Part shown: one piece after another, positions 12,560 through 23,900 of the stretch
Layout: every line of letters starts with the position of its first letter
Position numbering within the stretch: the first letter of the stretch is position 1
Source: Macrostomum hystrix
Lineage: Eukaryota > Animalia > Platyhelminthes
Assembly (NCBI GenBank): GCA_950097015.1
Contig: CATNEN010000034.1
Span: 1,488,001 to 1,552,000 of the forward strand
Length of the DNA: 64,000 nucleotides
Reading direction: 5' to 3'
Program-made: the position numbers and the translations under genes
Notes under the pieces: generated by a model
Databases searched by the model: none
What the model saw: the letters and a program-made list of their open reading frames with translations, nothing else
Told to the model about the DNA's origin: nothing

Positions 12560-12982
12560 CACCCCCCCTCACCTTCCTTCACCCTCCTTCACCCTCCATC
12601 ACCCTCTTTGACCCTCCCTCACACTATTTCACCATCCTTACCCTCCGTCACACTCCCTCACCCTCCTTCACCCTCCTTAACCCTCCTTCACCCTCTTCAC
12701 CCTCCTTCACCCTCCATCACCATCTTTGACCCTCCCTCACCCTATTTCACCCTCCTTCACCCTCCTTCACCCTCCTTCACCCTCCTTCACCCTCCTTTAC
12801 CCTTCTTCACCCTCCTTCACCTTCCCTCACCCTCCCTCACCTTCATTCACACTTCTTCACCCTCCCTCACCCGCAATCACCCTCCCTCACCCGCAATCAC
12901 CCTCCCTCACCCGCAATTACCCTCCCTCACCCGCAATCACCCTCCCTCACCCGCAATCACCCTCCCTCACCCGCAATCACTC
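12560..12982. repeat. C-rich low-complexity array (CCCTCCTTCAC-type units grading into 20-bp CCTCCCTCACCCGCAATCAC)
   Basis: Degenerate tandem units, G-poor plus strand. Confidence 0.85.
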
Positions 12983-14690
12983 CCGCTGATTTCCTCCCAC
13001 GCTAAAGTCAGTCTAGCCCATCTGTCAGTCATTCTCGCAGCCGAGTCCCGCACTGAAGTCCCGCTCGATCTATCCGAAGCAGAGGACTGGATGGGATAGC
13101 GATATCTGGAGCTCGCAGGCCGCACTCCCACACCGATGGGGTGCTCAGAGCTCGCTGTCACATGAGTCGCTAATTAGCCCAGGACTCTTTCGAAATCCAA
13201 TCCCGGGAATAATCCGAATCCCACAGTGCTAGGGCTTACCAAATTACAGACCCAGCACCTGTCCTGTCCTGCACTTCTCGCCGCGTCCCGCGTCGCGCGG
13301 TTCTTTTGGCTTCCTCGACTGCCTTTCTCATCTAATAAGAATTTTGTAACTTGGAGATAATCACATTTTTTCGTATGTGAATTTCAATTTGCATCAATTT
13401 TTTTACCTCAGAATGCTTCGACTGCAACCTTGTAATTATCCCGTATCAAGTAATTCTTAGAATTCTAGAGCACCAGTTTAATTCGCAGTTTGAGATGGCC
13501 TTGAGCACATCGCAGCATGGCCAAATAGTATCCGTCTCTAAGCCCGACTCGCCTTATCGGAATCCTGCATCTGCGATCACCCTCCCTCTCCAAGCATCTC
13601 CACGGTTCGTCTGCTCCATCAGCGCGGCGGGCTCGGGCAGGCGGGATGGGATAAGCGAATGCAGCAGGGCAGCTTGAGCAGACAGGCTGGGAAGGTAGCG
13701 GGGATGCCAGCCGCTGTCCTGTCCTTCTCAGATCGCTTCCAGAAGAGCCGGGAAGCCCAGGAGGTGAGATTGGTGGATAGGGTGGAGCATCCGTTATCCA
13801 GCCTCCCGTTCCCCCATCTCCCCTGCATAGCAATCGGGGGGAGAAAGTCGCGAGAGCTCAGGGAGTGAGGGGAGAGCCGGGCAGCGGGTGGAGACGGCAA
13901 CTGAGCGCGAAGCTAAATTTTTCTTCCTTTTGGCCGGGATTAGCGAGGCCGAGGCTTTTCGGGGTGGTGGCGGCTGCATGGATGCGGGCTGTCCCAGGGC
14001 CACGCATAACGGCAGTGATGGAGCGGAGAGGCTGAGAAGGCTGGTGGGGAGGTCAGGAGCAGAGTGAGTTGAGCGCGCACTAGGAAGGGAGAAGAGGAGG
14101 TTCGGGTATGGTGGGCGCCAGAATGGTTTTCCCATGGGCCTCGGCAATTCTCCCTGAGCCCCATGCGGAGTCCGCGGACCAGCCAACCGGGCGCGCCCGC
14201 GAGACGGGGGCGGGGAACAAGACATCTTCCGCTCAGCTCCCGTCCTCCGCCCCAGTTTCTGTCTGTCTCTTGTCTCTTCCCCCTCCCCATCGGCCGTTTT
14301 CTTTCCAGTCCCAGCCAGTCTCTCATCCCTCATCACCTCGCGTCCCCGCTCAGCCTTGTTCAGCCAGCCATTCGAACTTCAGCTGCTGCAGACGGGCGCA
14401 CAACAGAGACAGATAGAGAGAGAGAGAAAGTGAGCGAGAGGGAAAGGGGACGCAGATTTTAAGGCGAGGGAAAAACAAAGTTTCCCCTTGCCCCATCGCA
14501 GACTGCCTGGCACTGGCAAGGTTGAGTCCCTGCATCCAGAGCTGCCAACTCACGCCCGACCAACTGTAAACTCACTCACCAACTGAAGACTCTGGCTATT
14601 GAGACTGCTGCATCCTAGCCGAACAAATTTGCTTCTGATCTGAACTGCCACACACGGGCTTACTGACTCCCCAGTCTTCAGCAGCAGCAA

Positions 14691-16957
14691 ATGTCCGCTG
14701 ACAAAGCCAAGTCCGGCCCGGAGGACGGCCTGACCGAGGAGCAGATCGAGGAGTACCGGGAGGCTTTCTCGCTGTTCGACAAGGACGGCGATGGCACCAT
14801 CACCAACAAGGAGCTGGCCTCGGTGATGCGGGCTCTGGGACAGAATCCCAGTCAGGACGAACTTAAAGTGAATACCGGAATGCTGGGTCATTGGGACAGT
14901 GGGTCATTGGGACAGTGGGTCATTGGGACAGTGGGTCATTGGGACAGTGGGTCATTGGGGCAGTGGGTCATTGGGACAGTGGGTCATTGGGACAGTGGGT
15001 GATTGGGGCAGTGGGTCATTGGGACAGTGGGTCATTGGGACAGTGGGTCATTGGGACAGTGGGTCATTGGGACAGTGGGTCATTGGGACAGTGGGTCATT
15101 GGGACAGTGGGTCATTGGGACAGTGGGTCATTGGGACAGTGGGTCATTGGGGCAGTGGGTCATTGGGGCAGTGGGTCATTGGGGCAGTGGGTCATTGGGA
15201 CAGTGGGTCATTGGGACAGTGGGTCATTGGGACAGTGGGTCATTGGGACAGTGGGTCATTGGGGCAGTGGGTCATTGGGGCAGTGGGTCATTGGGGCAGT
15301 GGGTCATTGGGGCAGTGGGTCATTGGGGCAGTGGGTCATTGGGGCAGTGGGTCATTGGGACAGTGGGTCATTGGGACAGTGGGTCATTTGGTCAGTGGGT
15401 CATTGGGACAGTGGGTCATTGGGGCAGTGGGTCATTGGGACAGTGGGTCATTGGGACAGTGGGTGATTGGGGCAGTGGGTCATTGGGACAGTGGGTCATT
15501 GGGACAGTGGGTCATTGGGACAGTGGGTCATTGGGACAGTGGGTCATTGGGGCAGTGGGTCATTGGGACAGTGGGTCATTGGGGCAGTGGGTCATTGGGG
15601 CAGTGGGTCATTGGGGCAGTGGGTCATTGGGACAGTGGGTCATTGGGACAGTGGGTCATTGGGACAGTGGGTCATTGGGACAGTGGGTCATTGGGACAGT
15701 GGGTCATTGGGACAGTGGGTCATTGGGACAGTGGGTCATTGGGACAGTGGGTCATTGGGGCAGTGGGTCATTGGGGCAGTGGGTCATTGGGGCAGTGGGT
15801 CATTGGGACAGTAGGTTCATTCGGAAAGTGGGGTCATTAGAGAGTTGCTTCATTTGGAAGCGGATCATTGCAAAGTGTTTTTTGGGAAGAATGAAATTTA
15901 AGAGATCGGCTAATTGGGAAGTGGGTCATCTTGGGATCAGGTCATTGTGGAAGTGGGTCTTTGCTGGAGAATCGGGTAAGTTAGGAAGTGAGTCATGGTT
16001 GGGTTAGCAGGTTTTCATGGAAGTTGGGAAAAAATCGTGCAGTGAGAAGCAGGTTGCCATCTAAGTTTGGGATTGATTATTTATATGGGAAGTTGGTCAT
16101 TGTGTAAAGTGGATCACTGGAGGGTCAGTTTTTCAGTGGGGAAGTGGGTCATTATGAGGACTGAATCGTTGGCCACTGATGAATGCCTCCCAGGGTCTGC
16201 TTAGAAATCCTCACTCCCGGCTCTCCTCTCTTCCTTCAAATATAATTTCTTCATTTGGGCGCTTCCTATTTGGCCACATGAGCACACCCAGCCCCAGGTC
16301 CCTCATCTCACGCGGTCCCACTTCACGTATTTCATTGTGGCGTGTTCGCTCAATTTCCTAGTCATTTCCAACCGCCTCTCTGGTCTCGCTGCCCCCACTA
16401 GGATCCGCGGGAAGCGAGAGGACAAAATATGATAGCGGATGGGCTGTGCCGGAATGGAAATGCTGCTGTCAGTCGCTCATAAAACATTCATCTTACTCGA
16501 CACTTCCGACCTTCAGTTGAATTCCATCCCGGCCTGACGGCTCCGCAGCCGCCCCCACCGCCCGACACCTCTCCCCACTACTCCCTAACCCTTGCCTTCC
16601 CAGGAGATGATCAAGGAGGTGGACCAGGACGGCTCCGGCAGCATTGAATTCGATGAATTCCTGGAAATGATGAAGAAGCAGATGAATAGCGCAGACTCCG
16701 AAGAGGAGGTCCGGCGCGCCTTCCGCTTATTCGACGCCGACGGCGACGGCTTCTTGAGCGCCAGCGAGCTGCACCAGGTGATGCAGAACCTTGGCGAGCG
16801 GCTCACCATGGAGGAGGTGGAGGCGATGATTGGCGAGGCCGACACTGACAGGGACGGGCAGGTCAGCTTCAGCGAATTCGCCAAGATCATGGGCGTTGGC
16901 GGCGGCGGCGGCAGCGGCGGCGGAGGCAGCGTCGTCGGGGACGAACCCGACAGCTGA
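14691..16957 (+). CDS. Calmodulin-like 4-EF-hand protein, 176 aa, 2 exons (14691-14867, 16604-16957), with Gly-rich acidic C-terminal tail
   Basis: EF loops are [36 protein letters not shown] and [12 protein letters not shown]. The phase-0 intron (AAA/gtgaat...ctaac...cag/GAG) lies at ELK/EMI, equivalent to the ELQ/DMI intron of animal calmodulins. Too divergent to be canonical CaM. Confidence 0.93.
14885..15812. repeat. 16-bp G-rich minisatellite GGGTCATTGGG(A/G)CAGT, ~58 copies, in the calmodulin-like intron
   Basis: Direct tandem copies starting 17 nt after the donor. Confidence 0.95.
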
Positions 16958-17563
16958 GGATCCGCTGTGGTGGCTTGGAGGCCAGGCGAAGAGCTAGAAA
17001 CCATAGTGCGGTTGCGTTCTGTTCTCGCTCTCTCTGTCTCTTACAATCGCATGCGGGAAAGTAGTCAGGTAATGTGCTTCGACCGTCTTTTGTGAAGCAA
17101 TAAGTCATTGCCAGATGTGGAAGAGCCCCAGATCTTGTTTTGTTCTTTTATCGTGTGTTATCGCTCGCAAACTTTGCCATTTGACTCGTATTATATATAG
17201 CCACTATTTTACTAATCCGCTAGTAAAATATGCGTGACCAACCAGCTTTTTAATAATGTTTAATCTCGCTTTTAAACAATGCGATGTTTTTTCTTTTGCC
17301 GGCGCACTTTTAATCCTTTTATTTTTTGTTCCTACAAACAATGACACCATTAAACATGGCGTCCCTAATGTGTATCAAGTGGCAGGACTGGCTCTTTACA
17401 CAGTAAATTAAAAATTAATAATTATATTTGATTATTGCTTTATGTTTCGTTTAAAGACTAATTAGCCAGTCAATTATATTTTTTTCCTGCAAGTTAGGCG
17501 CGACAAAAACTTTATTTCATCATGTTTGTTATGTAAATAAGTTAATTATTCCCTCAGTAAGTA

Positions 17564-17700
17564 TGTGTTGGGCAGTGAGTCTCCCATGTGTTGGGCAGTG
17601 AGTCTCCCATGTGTTGGGCAGTGAGTCTCCCATGTGTTGGGCAGTGAGTCTCCCATGTGTTGGGCAGTGAGTCTCCCATGTGTTGGTCAGTGTGTTGGGG
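17564..17700. repeat. 23-bp minisatellite TGTGTTGGGCAGTGAGTCTCCCA, ~5-6 copies
   Basis: Direct tandem copies. Confidence 0.9.
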
Positions 17701-17760
17701 AGTGAATCTCGCATCTATTGGGGATTGAATAGGAAATCTTACCGCCAGCCAAGTGAATAT

Positions 17761-19595
17761 CATGGTCATAGCAGAGACTGAGTCTCATGGTCATAGCGGA
17801 GAATAAATATTATGGTCACTGCAGAGACTGAATATCATGGTCATAGCAGAGACTGAATCTCATGGTCATAGCAGAGACTGAATCTCATGGTCATAGCAGA
17901 GACTGAATCTCATGGTCATAGCAGAGACTGAATCTCATGGTCATTGCGGAGACTGAATCTCATGGTCATAGCAGAGACTGAATCTCATGGTCATAGCAGA
18001 GACTGAATCTCATGGTCATAGCAGAGACTGAATCTCATGGTCATAGCAGAGACTGAATCTCATGGTCATAGCAGAGACTGAATCTCATGGTCATAGCAGA
18101 GACTGAATCTCATGGTCATAGCAGAGACTGAATCTCATGGTCATAGCAGAGAATGAATCTCATGGTCATAGCGGAGACTGAATCTCATGGCTCATGGTCA
18201 TAGCAGAGACTGAATCTCATGGTCATAGCGGAGACTGAATCTCATGGCTCATGGTCATAGCAGAGACTGAATCTCATGGTCATAGCAGAGACTGAATCTC
18301 ATGGTCATAGCAGAGACTGAATCTCATGGCTCATGGTCATAGCAGAGACTGAATCTCATGGTCATAGCAGAGACTGAATCTCATGGTCATAGCAGAGACT
18401 GAATCTCATGGTCATAGCAGAGACTGAATCTCATGGTCATAGCAGAGACTGAATCTCATGGTCATAGCAGAGACTGAATCTCATGGTCATAGCAGAGACT
18501 GAATCTCATGGTCATAGCGGAGACTGAATCTCATGGCTCATGGTCATAGCGGAGACTGAATCTCATGGCTCATGGTCATAGCAGAGACTGAATCTCATGG
18601 TCATAGCAGAGACTGAATCTCATGGTCATAGCAGAGACTGAATCTCATGGCTCATGGTCATAGCAGAGACTGAATCTCATGGTCATAGCGGAGACTGAAT
18701 CTCATGGCTCATGGTCATAGCAGAGACTGAATCTCATGGTCATAGCAGAGACTGAATCTCATGGTCATAGCAGAGACTGAATCTCATGGTCATAGCGGAG
18801 ACTGAATCTCATGGCTCATGGTCATAGCAGAGACTGAATCTCATGGCTCATGGTCATAGCAGAGACTGAATCTCATGGTCATAGCAGAGACTGAATCTCA
18901 TGGTCATAGCAGAGACTGAATCTCATGGTCATAGCGGAGACTGAATCTCATGGCTCATGGTCATAGCAGAGACTGAATCTCATGGCTCATGGTCATAGCA
19001 GAGACTGAATCTCATGGTCATAGCAGAGACTGAATCTCATGGTCATAGCGGAGACTGAATCTCATGGCTCATGGTCATAGCAGAGACTGAATCTCATGGT
19101 CATAGCAGAGACTGAATCTCATGGTCATAGCAGAGACTGAATCTCATGGTCATAGCGGAGACTGAATCTCATGGCTCATGGTCATAGCAGAGACTGAATC
19201 TCATGGTCATAGCAGAGACTGAATCTCATGGTCATAGCAGAGACTGAATCTCATGGTCATAGCGGAGACTGAATCTCATGGCTCATGGTCATAGCAGAGA
19301 CTGAATCTCATGGTCATAGCAGAGACTGAATCTCATGGTCATAGCGGAGACTGAATCTCATGGCTCATGGTCATAGCAGAGACTGAATCTCATGGCTCAT
19401 GGTCATAGCAGAGACTGAATCTCATGGTCATAGCAGAGACTGAATCTCATGGTCATAGCGGAGACTGAATCTCATGGCTCATGGTCATAGCAGAGACTGA
19501 ATCTCATGGTCATAGCAGAGACTGAATCTCATGGTCATAGCAGAGACTGAATCTCATGGTCATAGCAGAGACTGAATCTCATGGTCATAGCAGAG
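17761..19595. repeat. 25-bp minisatellite CATGGTCATAGCAGAGACTGAATCT with 32-bp (+CATGGCT) variants, ~70 copies
   Basis: Direct tandem copies; the insertion variant first appears near 18185. Confidence 0.95.
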
Positions 19596-20189
19596 TGATT
19601 TTCAGTTTATCATTCATAAAAGACAAAGGCAAAATGAGATTAAGAGAATTTAAGATCTTACTAAAATTTAGTCCAAACAATGTTTTGCTAGAATAGTCTC
19701 TAAAAGGATAAAAAGTGACAGTGAAATCAAAGTGTACAACCATTAATCTGGTGTATTTCAGTCCAAAATTGTCATACAATCTTACGAAAGCGATGTCACG
19801 GTTAAAGCACGTAGCAGACAAAAATATTGCACAGAGCCAAGTATAGGGTCAAAAAAGTAGAAAAAATTGACCAAAATGGGTCACAAAAAATTGGGAATGA
19901 ATAAATAATTGTCAACGTAGCAATAGCTAAAGGCAATCAACTTTTTTTAAAATCGAATCCGCTTCAAAATAGCGTTCATTGGTAATGATTGGCCAACTGA
20001 AAAAACAGTTATGGAAGCAAAGCAAAAATCATATTAAAATGAGTAGGGCAAAAAATACAAGCTTTTAGGGTAATCTTCCGCAGAATCAGCAGCGGCAAAT
20101 GTACGAGTCCACTGAAGAGTCCAGACCGAAGGTGCTTTGCCTTAGTCCCTTTGGGGAGTTAGTTATTATGGGACTTGGGGGATGACTTC

Positions 20190-20665
20190 AGTCATTGGGG
20201 GATTTGGTCATTGGGGAACTTGTTTTTGTAGAACTTGGTTATTGGGGGACTTGGTCATTGGGGGATTTGGTCATTGGGGGATTTGGTCATTGGAGGACTT
20301 GGTCATTGGGTGATTTGGTCATTGGAGGACTTGGTCATTGGGGGATTTGGTCATTAGGGAACTTGACCATTGGGTGATTTGGTCATTGGGGGATTTGGTC
20401 ATTGGAGGACTTGGTCATTGGGTGATTTGGTCATTGGAGGACTTGGTCATTGGGGGATTTGGTCATTGGGAGACTTAATACGAGGTAATTAAGGAATTTG
20501 TTCATTGGGGACTTGGTCATTGGGGGGTTTGGTCATTAGGGGACTTGGTCATTGGGGGATTTGGTCATTGGGGGTTTGGTCATTGGGGGTTTGGTCATTG
20601 GCGGAGTGGGTCATTCGCGGATCGGGTCATTGTGGGGTAAGGTCATTGGGGGTAAGGTCATTGTG
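20190..20665. repeat. Degenerate 16-bp G-rich minisatellite GGTCATTGG(G/A)GGA(T/C)TT
   Basis: Tandem GGTCATTGG units, related in sequence to the calmodulin-intron array. Confidence 0.85.
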
Positions 20666-20922
20666 TGGCTGGGTCATTGGTATATTAAACAATTGGTAGA
20701 TTGAGTCGTTGGTAGAGTGGGTCATTGTGTCATAGCGGTTTGTGGGGCGTTGCATGGACAGGGCAGAAATCAATGATATTACAATTATCAATATACACTG
20801 TTCAATCCTGAACTGATTGTGTCGATTAAAAAGCACGGAAAACGATTAGAAAGATACACTTGTATTAATTAAGCACTGATTGAAGCTTTGAATTGCGATT
20901 GTCCGAACTCGGACAGTCAAAT

Positions 20923-23900
20923 TTAGAATTGTGCGGTGGGTGCGGCCGCCCAGCGCACAAAAATAGCCATGACCAGAGCTGCGAGCTGCGTTAGTCGGCT
21001 GGGCAGCAGATTCGAACCCGCGCCCTCGCGGCATTTCAGCATGCGATAGCTGAATCGGATTAAGGAGTTTGAAATGTTAAAATAGTCTGGATAGAGTATT
21101 TCAGAATAAATATATAGAGAATAGAGATAATTTATATCTTTGAAATAGGAGAGTGAATCTCCAAGAGTGAATTTCTGAGAGTGAATTTCTGAGAGTGAAT
21201 CTCCGAGAATATATTTTTAGAGTAAATTTCTAAGAGTGAATCTCCGAGAGTGAATCTTCGATAGTGAATCTCCGAGAGTGAATCTCCGAGAGTGAATCTC
21301 CGAGAGTGAATCTCCGAGAGTGAATCTTCGAGAGTGAATCTTCGAGAGTGAATTTCTGAGAGTGAATTTCTGAGAGTGAATCTCAGAGAATATTCAAGAG
21401 TGAATATTCTGAGTAAATCTCCGAGAATATATTTTTAGAGTAAATTTCTAAGAGTGAATCTCTGAGAGTGAATCTTCGATAGTGAATCTCCGAGAGTGAA
21501 TCTCCGAGAGTGAATCTTCGATAGTGAATCTCCGAGAGTGAATCTCCGAGAGTGAATCTCCGAGAGTGAATCTTCGAGAGTGAATTTCCGAGAGTGAATT
21601 TCTGAGAGTGAATCTCAGAGAATGAATCGTTTGTAAAAAGTTATACGATTATATGCAATCATCAGTCTGGTAGTTAATTATAATTAAAGATTAGACCAAA
21701 AATTGATAAGCATTGATTGAAGATTATAAAGTCCCAATAATTACAATTCGTGTTTCTTTAGGAATTTTCTCGAAAGAATGAAAAAGCTCACTAGTTGCTT
21801 TGGTTGCGTTGGGCCATATCATAGTGCTTGGACACAGTGCCGCCATCGAAGAACCAAATGCTGATGTCATTGTACGGATACTCGTAGCCCTGCCTGCACT
21901 CGCACTTGTAGTTGTCCAGCTCGAATTTGTTGTGCAAGGTTGGCACGCACTGTTAAATATAGTAACACATTTTGCAAATGCTCAGCTAAGCAGCACCATA
22001 GCCTACTCACACTGGAAGTTAGTAGAGTCGTGCGAATCAAAAGAGAAGATTCCTATCTAGCCTGACTCAGAGATGGCTAAGATCAATTGACACCGCCTTA
22101 TTAAGTTGCTAAAGATCAGTTTCCGCTCCCATTCTCAGTTCGCTAAAGATCAGTTTCCGCCCCCATTCTCAGTTCGCTAAAGATCAGTTTCCGCCCCCAT
22201 TCTCAGTTCGCTAAAGATCAGTTTCCGCTCCCATTCTCAGTTCGCTAAAGATCAGTTTCCGCCCCAATTCTCAGTTCGCTAAAGATCAGTTTCCGCCCCA
22301 ATTCTCAGTTCGCTAAAGATCAGTTTCCGCCCCCATTCTCAGTTCGCTAAAGATCAGTTTCCGCTCCCATTCTCAGTTCGCTAAAGATCAGTTTCCGCCC
22401 CAATTCTCAGTTCGCTAAAGATCAGTTTCCGCCCCCATTCTCAGTTCGCTAAAGATCAGTTTCCGCCCCAATTCTCAGTTCGCTAAAGATCAGTTTCCGC
22501 CCCAATTCTCAGTTCGCTAAAGATCAGTTTCCGCCCCCATTCTCAGTTCGCTAAAGATCAGTTTCCGCTCCCATTCTCAGTTCGCTAAAGATCAGTTTCC
22601 GCCCCCATTCTCAGTTCGCTAAAGATCAGTTTCCGCCCCAATTCTCAGTTCGCTAAAGATCAGTTTCCGCTCCCATTCTCAGTTCGCTAAAGATCAGTTT
22701 CCGCCCCAATTCTCAGTTCGCTAAAGATCAGTTTCCGCCCCAATTCTCAGTTCGCTAAAGATCAGTTTCCGCTCCCATTCTCAGTTCGCTAAAGATCAGT
22801 TTCCGCCCCAATTCTCAGTTCGCTAAAGATCAGTTTCCGCCCCCATTCTCAGTTCGCTAAAGATCAGTTTCCGCCCCAATTCTCAGTTCGCTAAAGATCA
22901 GTTTCCGCCCCCATTCTCAGTTCGCTAAAGATCAGTTTCCGCCCCAATTCTCAGTTCGCTAAAGATCAGTTTCCGCTCCCATTCTCAGTTCGCTAAAGAT
23001 CAGTTTCCGCCCCCATTCTCAGTTCGCTAAAGATCAGTTTCCGCCCCCATTCTCAGTTCGCTAAAGATCAGTTTCCGCTCCCATTCTCAGTTCGCTAAAG
23101 ATCAGTTTCCGCCCCAATTCTCAGTTCGCTAAAGATCAGTTTCCGCCCCCATTCTCAGTTCGCTAAAGATCAGTTTCCGCCCCAATTCTCAGTTCGCTAA
23201 AGATCAGTTTCCGCCCCCATTCTCAGTTCGCTAAAGATCAGTTTCCTCCCCCATTCTCAGTTCGCTAAAGATCAGTTTCCGCCCCAATTCTCAGTTCGCT
23301 AAAGATCAGTTTCCGCTCCCATTCTCAGTTCGCTAAAGATCAGTTTCCGCCCCAATTCTCAGTTCGCTAAAGATCAGTTTCCGCCCCAATTCTCAGTTCG
23401 CTAAAGATCAGTTTCCGCCCCAATTCTCAGTTCGCTAAAGATCAGTTTCCGCCCCCATTCTCAGTTCGCTAAAGATCAGTTTCCGCTCCCATTCTCAGTT
23501 CGCTAAAGATCAGTTTCCGCCCCCATTCTCAGTTCGCTAAAGATCAGTTTCCGCCCCCATTCTCAGTTCGCTAAAGATCAGTTTCCGCTCCCATTCTCAG
23601 TTCGCTAAAGATCAGTTTCCGCCCCAATTCTCAGTTCGCTAAAGATCAGTTTCCGCCCCAATTCTCAGTTCGCTAAAGATCAGTTTCCGCCCCATTCTCA
23701 GTTCGCTAAAGATCAGTTTCCGCTCCCATTCTCAGTTCGCTAAAGATCAGTTTCCGCCCCCATTCTCAGTTCGCTAAAGATCAGTTTCCGCCCCCATTCT
23801 CAGTTCGCTAAAGATCAGTTTCCGCTCCCATTCTCAGTTCGCTAAAGATCAGTTTCCGCCCCAATTCTCAGTTCGCTAAAGATCAGTTTCCGCCCCAATT

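Noticed and set aside
13080-14460. GC-rich block with many overlapping ORFs upstream of the calmodulin-like gene
   Set aside because: ORFs in all frames with no domain signature; more likely promoter, UTR or repeat-derived DNA.
20112-20132. CTGAAGAG...CGAA resembling a hammerhead ribozyme core
   Set aside because: GAAA is incomplete, and stems I/III and the cleavage triplet cannot be built.
20960-21050. GGGTTCGAATC B-box-like motif on the minus strand suggesting a tRNA or SINE
   Set aside because: It is explained by the in-frame terminal coding exon (EGAGSNLL) of the twin-Cache gene, and there is no A box or cloverleaf.
21789-21794. TAG after QRNQSN as the stop of a fully secreted twin-Cache protein
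   Set aside because: TA/GTGAGC is a good phase-2 donor that joins in frame to an exon supplying the missing Cys and hydrophobic tail; intron retention remains possible but is unsupported.
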